Positions 39,808-53,586 of a stretch of DNA of 64,000 nt are shown one piece after another (position 1 is the first letter of the stretch; each line of letters begins with the position of its first letter). A program made the translations under genes and the position numbers. The stretch comes from the human T2T-CHM13v2.0 reference genome, Homo sapiens: the NCBI RefSeq assembly GCF_009914755.1, contig NC_060937.1; one strand, given 5' to 3'. The notes below the pieces were generated by a model. It searched no databases, was not told the origin of the DNA, and was given only the letters and a program-made list of their open reading frames with translations.

Positions 39808-40590
39808 ATAAAATCAATAGTCAAAAATTACATTGAAAATGCATATTATTAAAAAAGCCATGCACCAAAATTAATTTATACTAACTTTGTTATGACATGT
39901 CTGAAGAAGATCTAGTATCTTCTGAGTAGCACCCAGAAGGATAAGACAATTTGAAAGGACCCGGTATCAGAACAACATGAATTCTGCTAAAATTGAAGCA
40001 AGAAAAAGCATCAAATTTACAGTGAAGTTTGGGTGGAAGAAGGGTGAAATAGTTTATGCTTGACAAAAAGTTTGTAGGAACAATGCCTCAAAGAAAGCAG
40101 CAGTGTATAAATGTATAACTCATTTTAAGAAGAGAAGAGACAATGTTAAAGATGAAGCCTACAGCAGCATACCATCCACCTCATTTTCAATAAAAAAACT
40201 CATGTTGTATGTGCCCTAATTTAAAAGGACTGACAATTAAAAACACAAACAATAGCCAACACCGCAGATATCTCAATTGTCTCAGCTTACACAATTCTGA
40301 CTGAAAATTGAAGTTGAGCAAACTTTTCAGTCAATGGGTGTCAATATTGTTGCACCCAGATAAGTTGCCCAATACAGCAGACCTTTCCATGGACATTTTA
40401 AAGAAGTGGGGTCAAGATCGTGAAGTATATCTTCAAAGAACTGAAACAACAGAAGGCTTTACTAGTATGATCTTGAAGGCAAAGTACAATCAAAGCAATG
40501 GCTACCAAGAGACAGAAGTAGTCCAGTCAAAGCAAAAGCAGACCCGTCAACAGCAAAGGTCATGGCAACATTCTGTGGGATGCTCAAGGC
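39808..40590 (+). mobile_element. Hsmar2 mariner DNA transposon, 5' part with dead transposase
   Basis: ATG at 39977 reads MNSAKIEARKSIKFTVKFGWKKGEIVYA*; ORF 40308 reads KLSKLFSQWVSILLHPDKL (degenerate mariner WVP motif); preceded by a TA-rich tract. Confidence 0.9.
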
Positions 40591-40752
40591 GTTTCCAGCT
40601 TGCTGACCTACCCTACAGATTTTGGACTTGCCAGCCCCCAAAAACATGTGAGGGAGTTCCTTAAAATACCTAATCTCTCTCTCTCTGTGCCTCTCTATCT
40701 CTGCCTGTTTTGGTTCTATAGTCTATTTCTCTGGAGAATCCCAACTATTATA
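40591..40752 (+). mobile_element. MLT2 (ERVL) LTR 3' fragment
   Basis: TTTCCAGCTTGCTGACCTACCCTACAGATTTTGGACTTGCCAGCCCCC...TTTCTCTGGAGAATCCCAACTA. Confidence 0.8.
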
Positions 40753-40959
40753 ACACCAAAAAACCGAGTGATAAAATTATTAAAGCACCAGCAATTCGCT
40801 TATTTATAATAAAATGAATCATTTAAAATTCCAGTTAATGGAAAAGAAATTAAAAAATTAAATTTTAGAAAATCTAGTATTACAAATAAAGTTTCAAACA
40901 GAAGGCAATAATTAAAAGTACATCTGTTAGTAGGTTTATAAATAAGTTCTCGATATTTT

Positions 40960-41470
40960 GCTCTTTTCTCAATCACTATTCATTTTATTTAGGACTTTGT
41001 TTTAATTATGTCTTATAAGCTGATGATTCTCAAATATATATACTAAGCCAAAAAACTCATATAAGCTCTATATCCTTGTTAAAAATTGCCTCCACAGAAG
41101 TGCCCTATAGGACTTCAAACAGCATTTTTAAAGTGAATTTGTTATTTTCTTACCTTATAACATGCTTGCCTTCCTCCTTCCAATTTTCCACTGTCATTAT
41201 CCATACAGATACCCATGCTAAATCCTAATTTTTCAGACTCCCCCTCACCCCAAATTCAATGGATAATTAACATTTTTTCAGTGCAATCCCTTTACTTCCT
41301 CCCCAATATATCCTTTCCACTACATACTGCCTGCCAATACTCCAGACCAAGCCTTAATCATCCTTGACTATAAAAATTGTAGTATAGCTATCTCATAATC
41401 TCTAATGTAATCCTTCCCTCTCAACCTCTGTATTGCTGCTTCAGTTACCTTTCCAACCTATAACACTGAT
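40960..41470 (+). mobile_element. L2 fragment (host of the next LTR)
   Basis: GCTGATGATTCTCAAATATATA and CCAAGCCTTAATCATC; pyrimidine-rich L2 body. Confidence 0.6.
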
Positions 41471-41475
41471 CCTGT

Positions 41476-41966
41476 TGAGCTAGGAGGCAGTACTCTACTC
41501 CTGAGGTAGAGCTCGAATACCAGACCAAACTGGGGACTACCTAACATAGGTCAAGGGCAGAAGCAGCTTTCCATAAAACACACTCACCAGTGTGCCACAT
41601 CGGTTTACCATTGCCGTGGCAACACCTGGAAGTTACACCTCCTTTCCGGGGCAACAACCTGATTACCCAGAAATTACCACACTCGTCCTAGAAATTCCTT
41701 TTAAACGGTCCCTTAATTTGCAAAAAAATTAGAAGTGGGCATAAATATGACTGCAGAAATGCCTCTGAGATGCTACTCTGGGCACAGAGTACTCTGCCTA
41801 TGGGATATTTGCTCCACAAGGAGCAGTACCTGCTGCTACTGTGCACTGCTGCTTCAATAAAAGTTGCTGTTTAACACCACTGGCTCACCCTTGAATTCTT
41901 TCCTGGGTGAAGCCAAGAACCCTCCTGGGTTAAGCCTCAATTTGGGGGCTTGTCTGTCCTGCATCA
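41476..41966 (+). mobile_element. MER41-group (MER41C/D/E-like) ERV1 solo LTR
   Basis: TGAGCTAGGAGG start; AATAAA in GCTTCAATAAAAGTTGC; end GAAGCCAAGAACCCTCCTGGGTTAAGCC...CCTGCATCA. Confidence 0.8.
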
Positions 41967-43304
41967 CTACACTATTTGAAATATTTCAATATCTCTCCAT
42001 AGTAGTATGCTCTACAGATATTAGCTCTGACAAGCCAAAGACTGCCAAGAAGTGTGTTTGCTTGACAGGAACAGATTTTTGTTTTTTCTGTTTTGAACAG
42101 AATTTGAATATCTTTTGGTCTGTCTACCTTGACAGGGGCCAACACTCCTGTTTCCCTTACATTCCAGGATCTCATATTTGCCCAAATTGCTTGATTCCTG
42201 CACACATTGACTTTGCACAACTTCTGCCTGATTTATAAAGCCCTTCATGTTTTGACCTCTGTTTATTTTTCTAACTTAACTACACTAGCCCTTTTTCTCC
42301 TGATCACTGTCCTTTGGCTCTATTTTATAGGGATACTGAGGACCTCTAAGGCTCTGTAGATGCTGTTTTGTAATGTTATGTGTGTTAGCACCTGCTGTCT
42401 TCTCCAACTGGAGTTGTCTCCCTCTCATACACTTCATCTGCTTAGTGAAATTCCTCTCAATGTGCACTTCCTTTGGTAGAAGTGTCAGTTCTCAAAAACA
42501 TTTATTTGGATTTTGTGCCTTCTAAAATATTCAAGGTGCAAAAATGTAATCATATAATCTTTAGTCATAGGCTTTAATGATTGTTATAAAAATAAGACAC
42601 TCTATTTAAAGGATTTGCCATTACAGCTGATTTGGAATAAACCAGATGTTACTTAACAAATACACAAAGTAATTGCTTTCTTTACTGAGACCACATTGAC
42701 CTCTCTTTAGTCATTATCTATAATATATCTGTTGTCTAGACAAAACAAAACTCCATCTCCATATCAATTTAAAAGGTTTATTTTACATTATAATTATATT
42801 TTATAATATTCTCCCCTTTCCTCTCAGAATTTAATCCATTTCTTGCAAACATAATGTTAAAAAAGATATAGACATTTTTATATCAACAAATTTGAAATAT
42901 AATATTATGACATTCATCAATATCAAAATCTCCATTCAACAATATAGAGGGGAGCAGTGTGTCATGTTAACTCAAAACAAAACCAGACAAAAAACTTTGC
43001 AAATTATATCATTGCATGAGGAAAACTCATTCATTAGAACATGTAGGGTAATGAAATTGAGTATGGCTAGGTCAGATTAGTTAACATGAAATTCAAATCC
43101 AATAACCAATAACTTTCAAAAAATATAGGCCAACTCTGGTGATAGTTAATTTACCTTGCAGAGAAACCGTTTAAATTCAAAGACTCAGCAACATCAAATA
43201 GGTGTTGGAGGTGTGCAGGAAACAATTGCAAACAGTGATTAAGGTACTTGAAAACAACAACACTGATTCATTTTTTTCCTTCTTTCCTATACCGTTATTT
43301 TCTA

Positions 43305-43540
43305 CTGGCATGGTATTTTATAAAGAAAATAGGGACTAGAGTCAGACTAAACTGAATTCAAAGATGCGGTCTAGTTATTCGTATGTGCCCTTAATTAAGT
43401 CACTTAGATCTCTAACTCTTTAGATGAGTTTTCTCATCTAAAATTAAGTGGTAGAATATCTACTTTTAGGAATGGTTATAAAGATTGGAAGTATACATCA
43501 CTTACCAAGCCAAAATTATCATTAAAAAGTGTTCTTGGAT
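43305..43540 (+). mobile_element. MIR SINE
   Basis: GACTAGAGTCAGACTAAACTGAATTCAAA...AAGTCACTTAGATCTCT...GTTTTCTCATCTAAAAT. Confidence 0.65.
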
Positions 43541-45629
43541 AAACAACTGCACTGATGACCTATATTTATTGAGTATCATCTGTGACCCAGGTACTGTTTT
43601 AGGCATTTGAGATTTTCATTGAAAGGCTATCACAACTTAGTCCACAGATGAATCTGCAACTAAAGAGGAAGACAAAACTGCAAATCCAGGGAGACAGAAG
43701 TACAGACAAAGTGGTAAATAAATAGGATTTATAGGCATTGTTGACTTATTGAACTTGTAGTTTATTAAGGAACAAAAATATTAAAAATTGATAAGAAATT
43801 TGGAAACTAGTCTGGAAGTGAAATTCAGAGTTCGGAAATTAAAAGCAGTACGGGAAAATATTTTGTTTGTTTATTTGTTAACATGGGAGAAAATGATAGG
43901 TCTGAATATGTTTACAATCTGAAAAGAAAGAGTTGGTGGAAAGGGAGATGCTAACGTATGTAGGGTTTTTTTTTCTATAGTAACTTAAGAAGCAGCAAAA
44001 ATCTTCTCCTATCTCCAAAATTTATTCCCCACTGCCCTATTATTTTGTCCAAAATTCTATGTTTGAGTACTTTATGCCAAGAAATTGTTTCCATTCCCAG
44101 TTCTGCTAAAATAAACCTGTGTTACTTGTGTTAGCTGGGGGAAGTCTGCAGTTTTGTGCAAAGGATTTGAGGATTTAGGATATTACCTAACTATAAATCA
44201 AAAGTCCTAAACATAAAGAGGTAAAAAACAATTTTGTTTATGTGTTTTTGTGTTGGTGAATTTATTAAAGGGAAATATAATTTCTACATGGAAATATTAT
44301 CAAAAAATGAATGAGGTTAGTGGTAACACTAAGAGCATAATGAGCCAAAAGCATATAATAAGCCTAAAATAAATCTCTTTCTGGACTACAAGACTGAGGT
44401 AAGATAGATGCTTACTAGTTTCAGAGATAGACACTCAGTTCATTCTGACTTACAAGGAATAAAATGCTGAGCTCTAACTCAGAATTTCTAAATAATGGCA
44501 ATGGGGAAATATTTTGTAACATGAGGATAGCATACTTGTTATTAGACTTGCCTTTCTGACAAAAGAGCTAAGACTGCTCTTTTGAAATTAATACAGATGA
44601 GATGAAAAATGATTACTGTTTCACAGAAAGTAATGTGCCAATCAATGATTCACTTTTCTAAGTACTGTATTTCCTATATATGCTTGTGCTTGCAATTACT
44701 AAATTAACCTCATAACAGGAAATCAGAAGAGCCCTTAAGTTTGTATTATATCCCAGTATGGAGGGACATTAAACTGCCAGCTGTTCACTTTTAATAAAAC
44801 GATATAATGTTTATGAAGTCCAACAGAGTCTTAGAAAGCTCTGTGTCATCACAGATTTTCTGTTTTGCCCTGCCCCCCATGAATAGAAAAGAAACTCTTC
44901 TATCATGTGATGAATTCCTGTAATATCCCAAAGTGACTTTAAAAATTTCAATAGCCTTTCCCTCTGAAAAATAACAACTCTTTCATTCTCTTGTTGCATA
45001 TTTGTACTTTACTTTAGTAAGTGAACACTGAAGAGTATATTTGAGAGCTCTAATAGCTTCTGTTGTGTTCTTGTAATAGTAATGTTTTTAGCATCGCTGT
45101 AGTTAAGAACTTGTCAGCACTTACAAACTCCTACTTTAGTGAAATTTCACTTGGCATATGAGCTTTCAGCCCAGGAGCAATTTTCATTTTAAGCTTTAAA
45201 ATTATCTCTCAGGATATTTGTGATGGTGTGGTTAAACTTAAAACAAAAGCTTACTATTCTCAGATGATTCCAAATCTCCTCCAAAATTGCTCTTTGCAGA
45301 CTTCTTCCTCCATAAAAATCAATTAGCTGATAATAGTGAGAGTGAGAATATATTAACAGTTGTAATGATGGATATAATACAGTTTTGCACATCAAAATTA
45401 CATAATTTTAAAGTGCCAAAAACAAAAATGTTGATAAATAAGAATTGTGTACACTTTAGTATTTAACAAATATCACTTGATAAACCAAGTTGTAGATGAT
45501 ATCTAAAATATGAAGGTGAAATGCTTTCTGTAGGGGCCTTAATGTTAACCTTAAATATCACATTTTGATGTTTCAAATGAATGTAAAATTTTACTGGTTT
45601 TATTTTTAATATCTAGCAAACTAAAGAAT

Positions 45630-46350
45630 TCGAGATTGTTAGTTGATCTCTCACTTTTTTTGGTGTTCCCTCTCTGACTGGTTTCCTGGCTTCTCCTTTT
45701 TTACTACATTTTGGAGTTTCCCAAGGCACTTCGCTCAATCTGTGCCTCTCTCTAGGTCATCTCACCTCGTCACATGGCTTTAAATGTTATATCTATTCTG
45801 ATAAATTTCAAACTTTTATCTCTACATTGGAAATTTTCAGAGTTCACGTCGTTACTTGGGATATTTTTTAGGCACCGAAAATTTAAACTGCATATATTAG
45901 AATCTTGATTCTCTTTCGTCACCCCACAATCTGTTTCTTTCAGTCTTAGCAACCCCATTGCTCATGAAAACAAAAGTAAACATCATTCTTGAGTCCTTCC
46001 ATTCCCTCTCCCCCATACTGAATCCATCAGCCAATACTTTCAGTTTCACCTCAAAACACACCTCAAATCTGTTTATCTCTATTTTCATTTGCTGCTAACA
46101 CCTCTAATCAATTATCTCCCAATCTGTAAAGAAGAGTAAAAGGGACATTTTAAAATACAAATGCCATAATGACCTTGCCCTCTTATAAACCTCCCTATAC
46201 ACTACTAACAGCATTCAAATATCTTAGCTTGAGTGGCAAGGTGCTATGCTATCTGTGTCATCCTAAATCACAAGCTTTATCTTCCATCATGTTCTAGTCA
46301 ACCTCAGGATGTTCTAGCCACAAGAATCTTTTTTGGACATTGGACAAAAG
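45630..46350 (+). mobile_element. L2 fragment
   Basis: TCTAGGTCATCTCACC, CATGGCTTTAAATG, CATCATTCTTGAGTCCTTCC, AATCCATCAGCCAATAC. Confidence 0.7.
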
Positions 46351-47549
46351 AGAAATTTAGAATTTTTATTTTTTCATTCTCATCTTTTATTAGGATTTTT
46401 CACTTGCTTTTTCATTTTAAGAAATTTCCTAAAGGGTAATTGAACAATGTATCAAAAAGAAATCCAGGAAATTGAGCACCAAAACTTATAATGAGATATT
46501 GAGGGTAATGAATTTTAACTAGCTGATTACATAAAAGTCCCTCAGATTTAGTGATAATAAATGAAAGATAGATAAAATTCTGACAATGGAAAGTTGTTCT
46601 TTCAGAGGAATGTCAGCTACATCAGCTAATATACATAGAAGAAATAATAGAATTAGAAAAATACCATCTTGTAACCCCCACATAATGATTGGCTTGGGCA
46701 GGAATCCTCAGTTGATGCCAAAATGAGTTGAAAGTTTTAGGTAAATAGGTAATTCCAACAGTCTCAAATTATAATCTCACTATTTGCCTATTAATTACAA
46801 AGGTGAAGATTAGCTTTATTAAGAGGTCTCACAGTAACCAACTTACATAAATGTCTAAATATGGTATTGCCAATAGCCCCATAGCATGACAATATGACTC
46901 TTTTGATGTGATTCACCATTCTTATGCAGTGTTGGCCAGAATAGTTCAACATTGATCAAATCATGAGGAAGCCATAAGAAAACAACAAAAAGCAGGGCAT
47001 ATTCTAGGACAGTGTTCCAGAAACATTCAGCATAAACAATACTGTAAAGAACAAAGAAAGGTGGATGAAGTATTTTAGACTGGGCAAGAATAAAAGATGT
47101 AACAGTCAAATCCAGTATGTGAAACACAATTGGATTCTAGGTCATGCTTAAAATGAAAAATAATGTAAGCAGACAATGGAATATTTTTCAGCACTAAAAA
47201 GAAATGTGCTATCAAGTCATGAAAAGACATGAAGTAACTTTAAATGTGTATTGTTAAGTTAAAGAAGTCAATCTGAACAGGCTACATAGTATATGATTCC
47301 AATTATATGACATTCTGAAAAAGGCAAAACTATGGAGACTGTAAAAAGATCATAATTGTCAGGGGTTAGGAGGAAGGGAGAGATCAACTAGTGGAGCACA
47401 GAGGAGTTTTAGGGCACTGAAGCTATTCTGTATGATACAATAATGGTGAGCACATTTCATTATACGTTTGTCAAAATCCATAGAATGTACAGTACAAAGA
47501 GTGAACTCTAATGTAAACTACAGATTTGTTAATTATATTGTCAACGTAG

Positions 47550-47846
<297 letters not shown>

Positions 47847-49068
47847 TAAAATAATATAAGCAGACAGCAGTCTCATTATAAGTATCTTTCTCTTTGTAAA
47901 TTCATCTACCTGGAATTTTGAAGAGAGGAGTCCTACTGGATTTTTGTGTGGGAGAAAGTAGACACATATATAAAGTTAATGATATTATGTGAAAACACTA
48001 GTTTTGAATTTGAATTGGAGAAATCTGTATATATTAATTTTTTAATTTTAAAAATACTTGTTTCTTATCTCTATCTATTGAAAAGACTCCATAGAAAAGA
48101 GCAGTTCTAGCTCCATATTTTGGGTTCTGTATATCATTTCCATCTGAAATGAGTCCATGCTCTTGGTTGAAATGGCTCATTCAAAGGCTGGGTAAGTAAA
48201 TACATAAGATGAGCCTGGCATACTTGTTTGTCATAATAGAAAGAAGAAAAGCTATTATTACCACCAAGGTAATATAATAAAAAAATACTCAGGTACCAAT
48301 GTGAAAAGGCTGTCACTGGACAAAGAAGAGATTTGAACATTAATGAGAATAATAACTGGAACGAATTGAAACAAACAAATTAAAAAAAAAACTCCTTAGT
48401 TATGTTTAGATAATGCTGATAAACCAAGTCATTAGATTGAAAACTGGTAAATACATGAAAAGAAGCAAGCACTTATCCAGCCTTTTCTATACAGATTTTA
48501 CCTCAGTGTAAGGGCATATTTTTAATGGAATGATCCAGTTAACAATTGAAGCCTGCGTGACAGAACTTCACTTTACAAGCACTAATAAAATAATGGATCA
48601 TCAATTCCTTATACTATCACCGAAAGAGACTTTATGAGTCTCCTGGGGAAAATACACCTCTCTACGAAATATTCATAGGAAAATTTCAAACTTGAATCTA
48701 ATCAAACCTAAATCTGACTGCTAATACTCAGGGAAATCAGAAAAAGAGGTATATAAAGGAAACCATGGACATATAATCAGCAATCTAAAATCTTTTGATA
48801 CATTATCTCATCAAATCACTCACATGAAAAAAACAAAGATGAGAAGGATAAATGAAGAACTTAAAGAGATTTAGAAATGTAAACTCATTTAAATCTTTAT
48901 TCCTATTTAATTATTAATTTGGCCAAACCAATTATTATAAATATATTTGAGACAATAAGGGAAATATTAAGATTGGCAGAATAGTTATTTAAAAGTAAGA
49001 GTATTCACATTTAGAGATGAATATCAAAATATTCACATATATATAGTTATTCAAAATAATTTAGAAGA

Positions 49069-49355
49069 GTCAGGCATGGTGGCTAATGCTTGTAATCCCA
49101 GCCCTTTGGGAGGCTGAGGGTGGAAGGTCACTTGAGATCAGGAGTTCAAACCAGCCTGGGCAACATTGCAAGACCTGGTCTCTACAAAAAATAAAAAATA
49201 AATTAGTTGGACATGGTGGTGCATGCTTGCAGTTCCAGCTACTGGGGAGCTAAGGTGGGAGAATTGCTTGAGGCAGGAGCCTTGTCTTCCACTGCATTCT
49301 AGCCTGGGCGACAGAGTGAGACCCTATCTCAAAAATAATAAATAAAACAAAATAA
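49069..49355 (+). mobile_element. AluJ element with an internal deletion in the right arm
   Basis: CCAGCCTGGGCAACATTGCAAGACC, TCTCTACAAAAAATAAAAAAT, GAGACCCTATCTC. Confidence 0.9.
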
Positions 49356-49369
49356 AATAATTCAGAAGA

Positions 49370-49762
<393 letters not shown>

Positions 49763-50344
49763 TTATGTTGTTCTCTCTATTCTTGTATATTTTGTAATTT
49801 TTCTTAATAAATTACTTTGAATTGATATTACCTTGTAGAAGCTTAGTTGATGTGTGGTATATAAGGTATACGATTTTGACTTATTTAGCAAACATTTCCA
49901 AATGGTTTATTTTAAAGTTAAATATTTAAACAGAGATTTCAGTGCTGAGAATATCAAGCAACTTAATGATCTATTAAATTACTTACATGTTACCTAATTG
50001 ATTTGTCTGCCTATAATTACAGCCTTTAAAAGTTTAAATATGTGTTTTAGAATTACTTCCTTGTACACAGAAAGTAATCACATCAAAATAAGTTAATTTA
50101 AGAAACAATACATACTCTAAAACTTTACAAAATAATCCTTAAATAGGCAAAACTGATGCAAGTAATCAGTAGTAGAAGGTTAGGGTGTTTAAAGTGGACT
50201 TAAACCAATGTCCAGTGAGTTTTGAGCTTTACTCCAGAGGTAGAAAACAGTATTTTCTTTAATCCATGCAGGATGAAAATATCAGAGAAGAAAGCTTCCA
50301 AATGGATTAGAAAACCATTAGAAAATATCTTTTTGTTTATTTTT

Positions 50345-51723
50345 ATTTCTTTTCCTTTTTTTATTATACTTGAAGTTCTGGGGTGCATGTGCAGAACATG
50401 CAGTTTTGTTACATACGTATAGATGTGCCATGGTGGTTTGCCGCACCCATCAACCTGTCATCTACATTAGGTATTTCTCCTAATACTATTCCTCCCCCAG
50501 CCCCCCACCCCCTGACAGGCCCCGGTGTGTGATACCCGCCCCCCCGACCCGTGTTCATGTGTTCTCATTGTTCAACTGCCACTTATGAGTGAGAACATGC
50601 AGTGTTTGGTTTTCTGTTCTTGTGTTAGCTTGCTGAGAATGATGGTTTCCAGCTTCATCTACGTCCCTGCAAAGGACATGAAGTCATCATTTTTTATGGC
50701 TGCATAGTATTCCATGGTATATGTGCCACATTTCCTTTATCCAGTCTATCACTGATCGGCACTTGGGTTGGTTCCAAGTCTTTCCTATTGTGAACAGTGC
50801 TGCAATAAACATACCTGTGCATGTGTCTTTATAGTAGCATGATTTATAATTCTTTTGGTATATACCCAGTAATGGGATTGCTAGTCAAATGGTACTTCTA
50901 CTTCTAGATCCTTGAGGAATTGCCACACTCTCTTCCACAATGGTTGAACTAAATTACACTCCCACCAACAGTGTAAAAGCATTCCTATTTCTCCACATCC
51001 TCTTCAGCATCTCCTGACTTTTTAATGATCGCCATTCCAACTGGCATGACATGGTATCCCACTGTGGTTTTGATTTGCATTTCTCTAATGACCAGTGATG
51101 ATTAGCTTTTTTTCATATGTTGGTTAGCTGCATAAATGTCTTCTTTTGAGAGGTGTCTGTTGCAATGACCAAAACAGCATGGTACTGGTACCAAAACAAA
51201 TATATAGACCAATGGAACAGAACAGTGGCCTCAGAAATAACACCACACATCTAAAACCATCTGATCTTTGACAAAACTGACAAAAATAAGCACTGGGGAA
51301 AGGATTCCCTATCTAATAAATGGTGTTGGGAAAACTGGCTAGCCATATGCAGAAGGTGAAACTGGATCCCTTCCTCATACCTTATACAGAAATTAATTCA
51401 AGTTGATTTAGACTTAAATGTAAGACCTAAAACCATAGCAACCCTGAAGAAAACCTAGGCAATACCATTCAGGACATAGGCATGTGCAAAGACTTCATGA
51501 ATAAAACACCAAAAGCAATGGCAACAAAGCCAAAATTGACAAATGGGATCTAACTAAACTAAAGAGCTTCCGCACAGCAAAGGAAACTATCTTCAGAGTG
51601 AACAGGCAACCTACAGAATGGGAGAAAATTTTTGCAACCTATCCATCAGACAAAGGGCTAATATCCAGAATCTACAAAGAACTTAAACAAATATACAAGA
51701 AAGAAAAACCATCAAAAAGTAGG
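50345..51723 (-). mobile_element. L1PA (L1PA6/7-like) with 5' inversion
   Basis: Antisense 3' end 50345-51161 joined to a sense ORF2 piece 51162-51723; TSD TTTTTGTTTATTTTT at 50330-50344 and 51724-51738. Confidence 0.93.
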
Positions 51724-52419
51724 TTTTTGTTTATTTTTTACCAATAATCTTCCAAATAGTGTTTGGCCTGCAAAGTTTCGCACATCCATCTCATGCTACT
51801 CACCAAACATGAAGAAATGATAGGTCATGCTTCCTATAGTGCGTATATTAAGACCTGACAGAGTACTGTGGCAAAAAATGCCAGCTATAAAATGGAAATC
51901 GAAAGGAAATGCATTTGGAAAATTTCTAGGAGATACTCATAGTTAGATATATAATGGCAATTTTGAATTCAATATTTTGAAATCTGATTATAAAATAAAA
52001 ATTTTGTTACTTAACTACTGAGAAAAATGTGATGATAACCTAACAAAGACACCACTAATGACCACATTTACTTGGTTTTCATATGGTCAGAACTAGAATA
52101 ACTTACAGAAAAATGTCTAAGCCTTATCTTTGCATTGCAAATGTCTAAACTCTATAATGAGTACCGATAACCTTGAAAAGAAGCAAGTGAGATACTGAGC
52201 TCAGAATGAATAAATGCAACATACAGATATGCTAACACCAGAAGCTTCTGACAAAGCAGATAAAGCAATATGACAAAGAATCATTCAATATAAATGTACT
52301 ATAAAATAATGCAATGAAAATATGAATTATCAGTTTGAAAGTTCCTGCATTCAACTATGAGTACATAGGAATCAAGGCTTGATTAGAGATTGGGCATCTA
52401 GAATTGGCTATAAGTGTTT

Positions 52420-52640
52420 GGAAAGACAATATCAGCGCTTAGGCATTGGCTTTGACAATTAACTGACTTCAAGTTACAGCTTCACCATTTTTGGAGTTGC
52501 AATACCATGTAAGTCACTGTATCTCACTGGTTTCATTTATAATATGTGGATGAAAATATTGGTCAGCTCATATGGTTGATTTGAGGATTAAGTAAGATCA
52601 TAGGGGCAAATTAATGAAATCATGCTCTGTTTGAAAATAT
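52420..52640 (+). mobile_element. MIR SINE
   Basis: AAGTCACTGTATCTCACTGGTTTCATTTATAATATG and TTGAGGATTAAGTAAGATCAT. Confidence 0.55.
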
Positions 52641-53490
52641 TAAATGATACAGTGTTTGTGATGTACAATTTGTAACTAGTCTTATTCATCTGAATCATTA
52701 ACTCAATAATCCTGTATTAAGAGTGGGTCTGAGAATAGAGAGAAATCAGAGCATTAAGTAGTGTTAAAAACAAAAACATTGAAAACCATAGCAAAGCTAC
52801 ACCTAGGAAAGAACTGCTGAAGATCAGGTGATTGAGTTGTGCAAATTGTAGTTGCCACCAATTTAAGAATTTATGTGTAATGTAGCTAAGTCATATTTGT
52901 TATGTACTGTTTCTTATAATTAAACATACATAAATTCCTGGTGAGTGTGCATACAAACACTTTAGATATTTTCAGGATTACTTTACAGGAGACCTAAGAA
53001 AGGAAAGGAACTCATCATCAGTCAATTTTCAATTAAAACATTTATTATTTGGGGAAACTCAACGTAACCTTACACCGGTGTGTCTATTATACAGCAGCTG
53101 TGTTTGGTTTAATGCATGGACACCATTAAATACATAAAACATATTGAAATTCCTGGCAGACGGTAGGCACTGAATTGTTTAAAGACATGGTTAAACATAT
53201 AAGCTGGGCTTAGAGCACAGAGAGCCTCGGGGGAAGCCAAAGAGTTTATGCTGCATTCAATAAGCAACAGATAGTACCCACAAGGGCATAGGACCAAAGC
53301 TTAGTTTTGGAAAACACCAATGTCTTGCCATTTTGTCATGTGCTCAAAGAATGAGAGGTTGAAGCAGCAACTTGTAGTTGCCAACTCTGAATTTATAGGT
53401 ACGTTTTCATAGTTATTTGTTTATATTCACATATGTGAAAATAAACGCTTCTGATGAGTACTTATTTGCAATTATAAAGAAAATAATATT

Positions 53491-53586
53491 TTTACAAAAT
53501 CTTCTGTAACATCAGGTGGTTGGTTTTGAAATTCTATTTACAAAATCTTCTGTAACATAAGGTGGTTGGTTTTGAAATTCTATTTA
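53491..53586. repeat. 46-bp tandem duplication, one mismatch
   Basis: TTTACAAAATCTTCTGTAACAT(C/A)AGGTGGTTGGTTTTGAAATTCTA at 53491-53536 and 53537-53582, followed by TTTA. Confidence 0.97.

Noticed and set aside
41864-42238. 124-aa ORF
   Set aside because: Non-ATG start inside the LTR 3' end, running into degenerate repeat sequence; no homology recognised.
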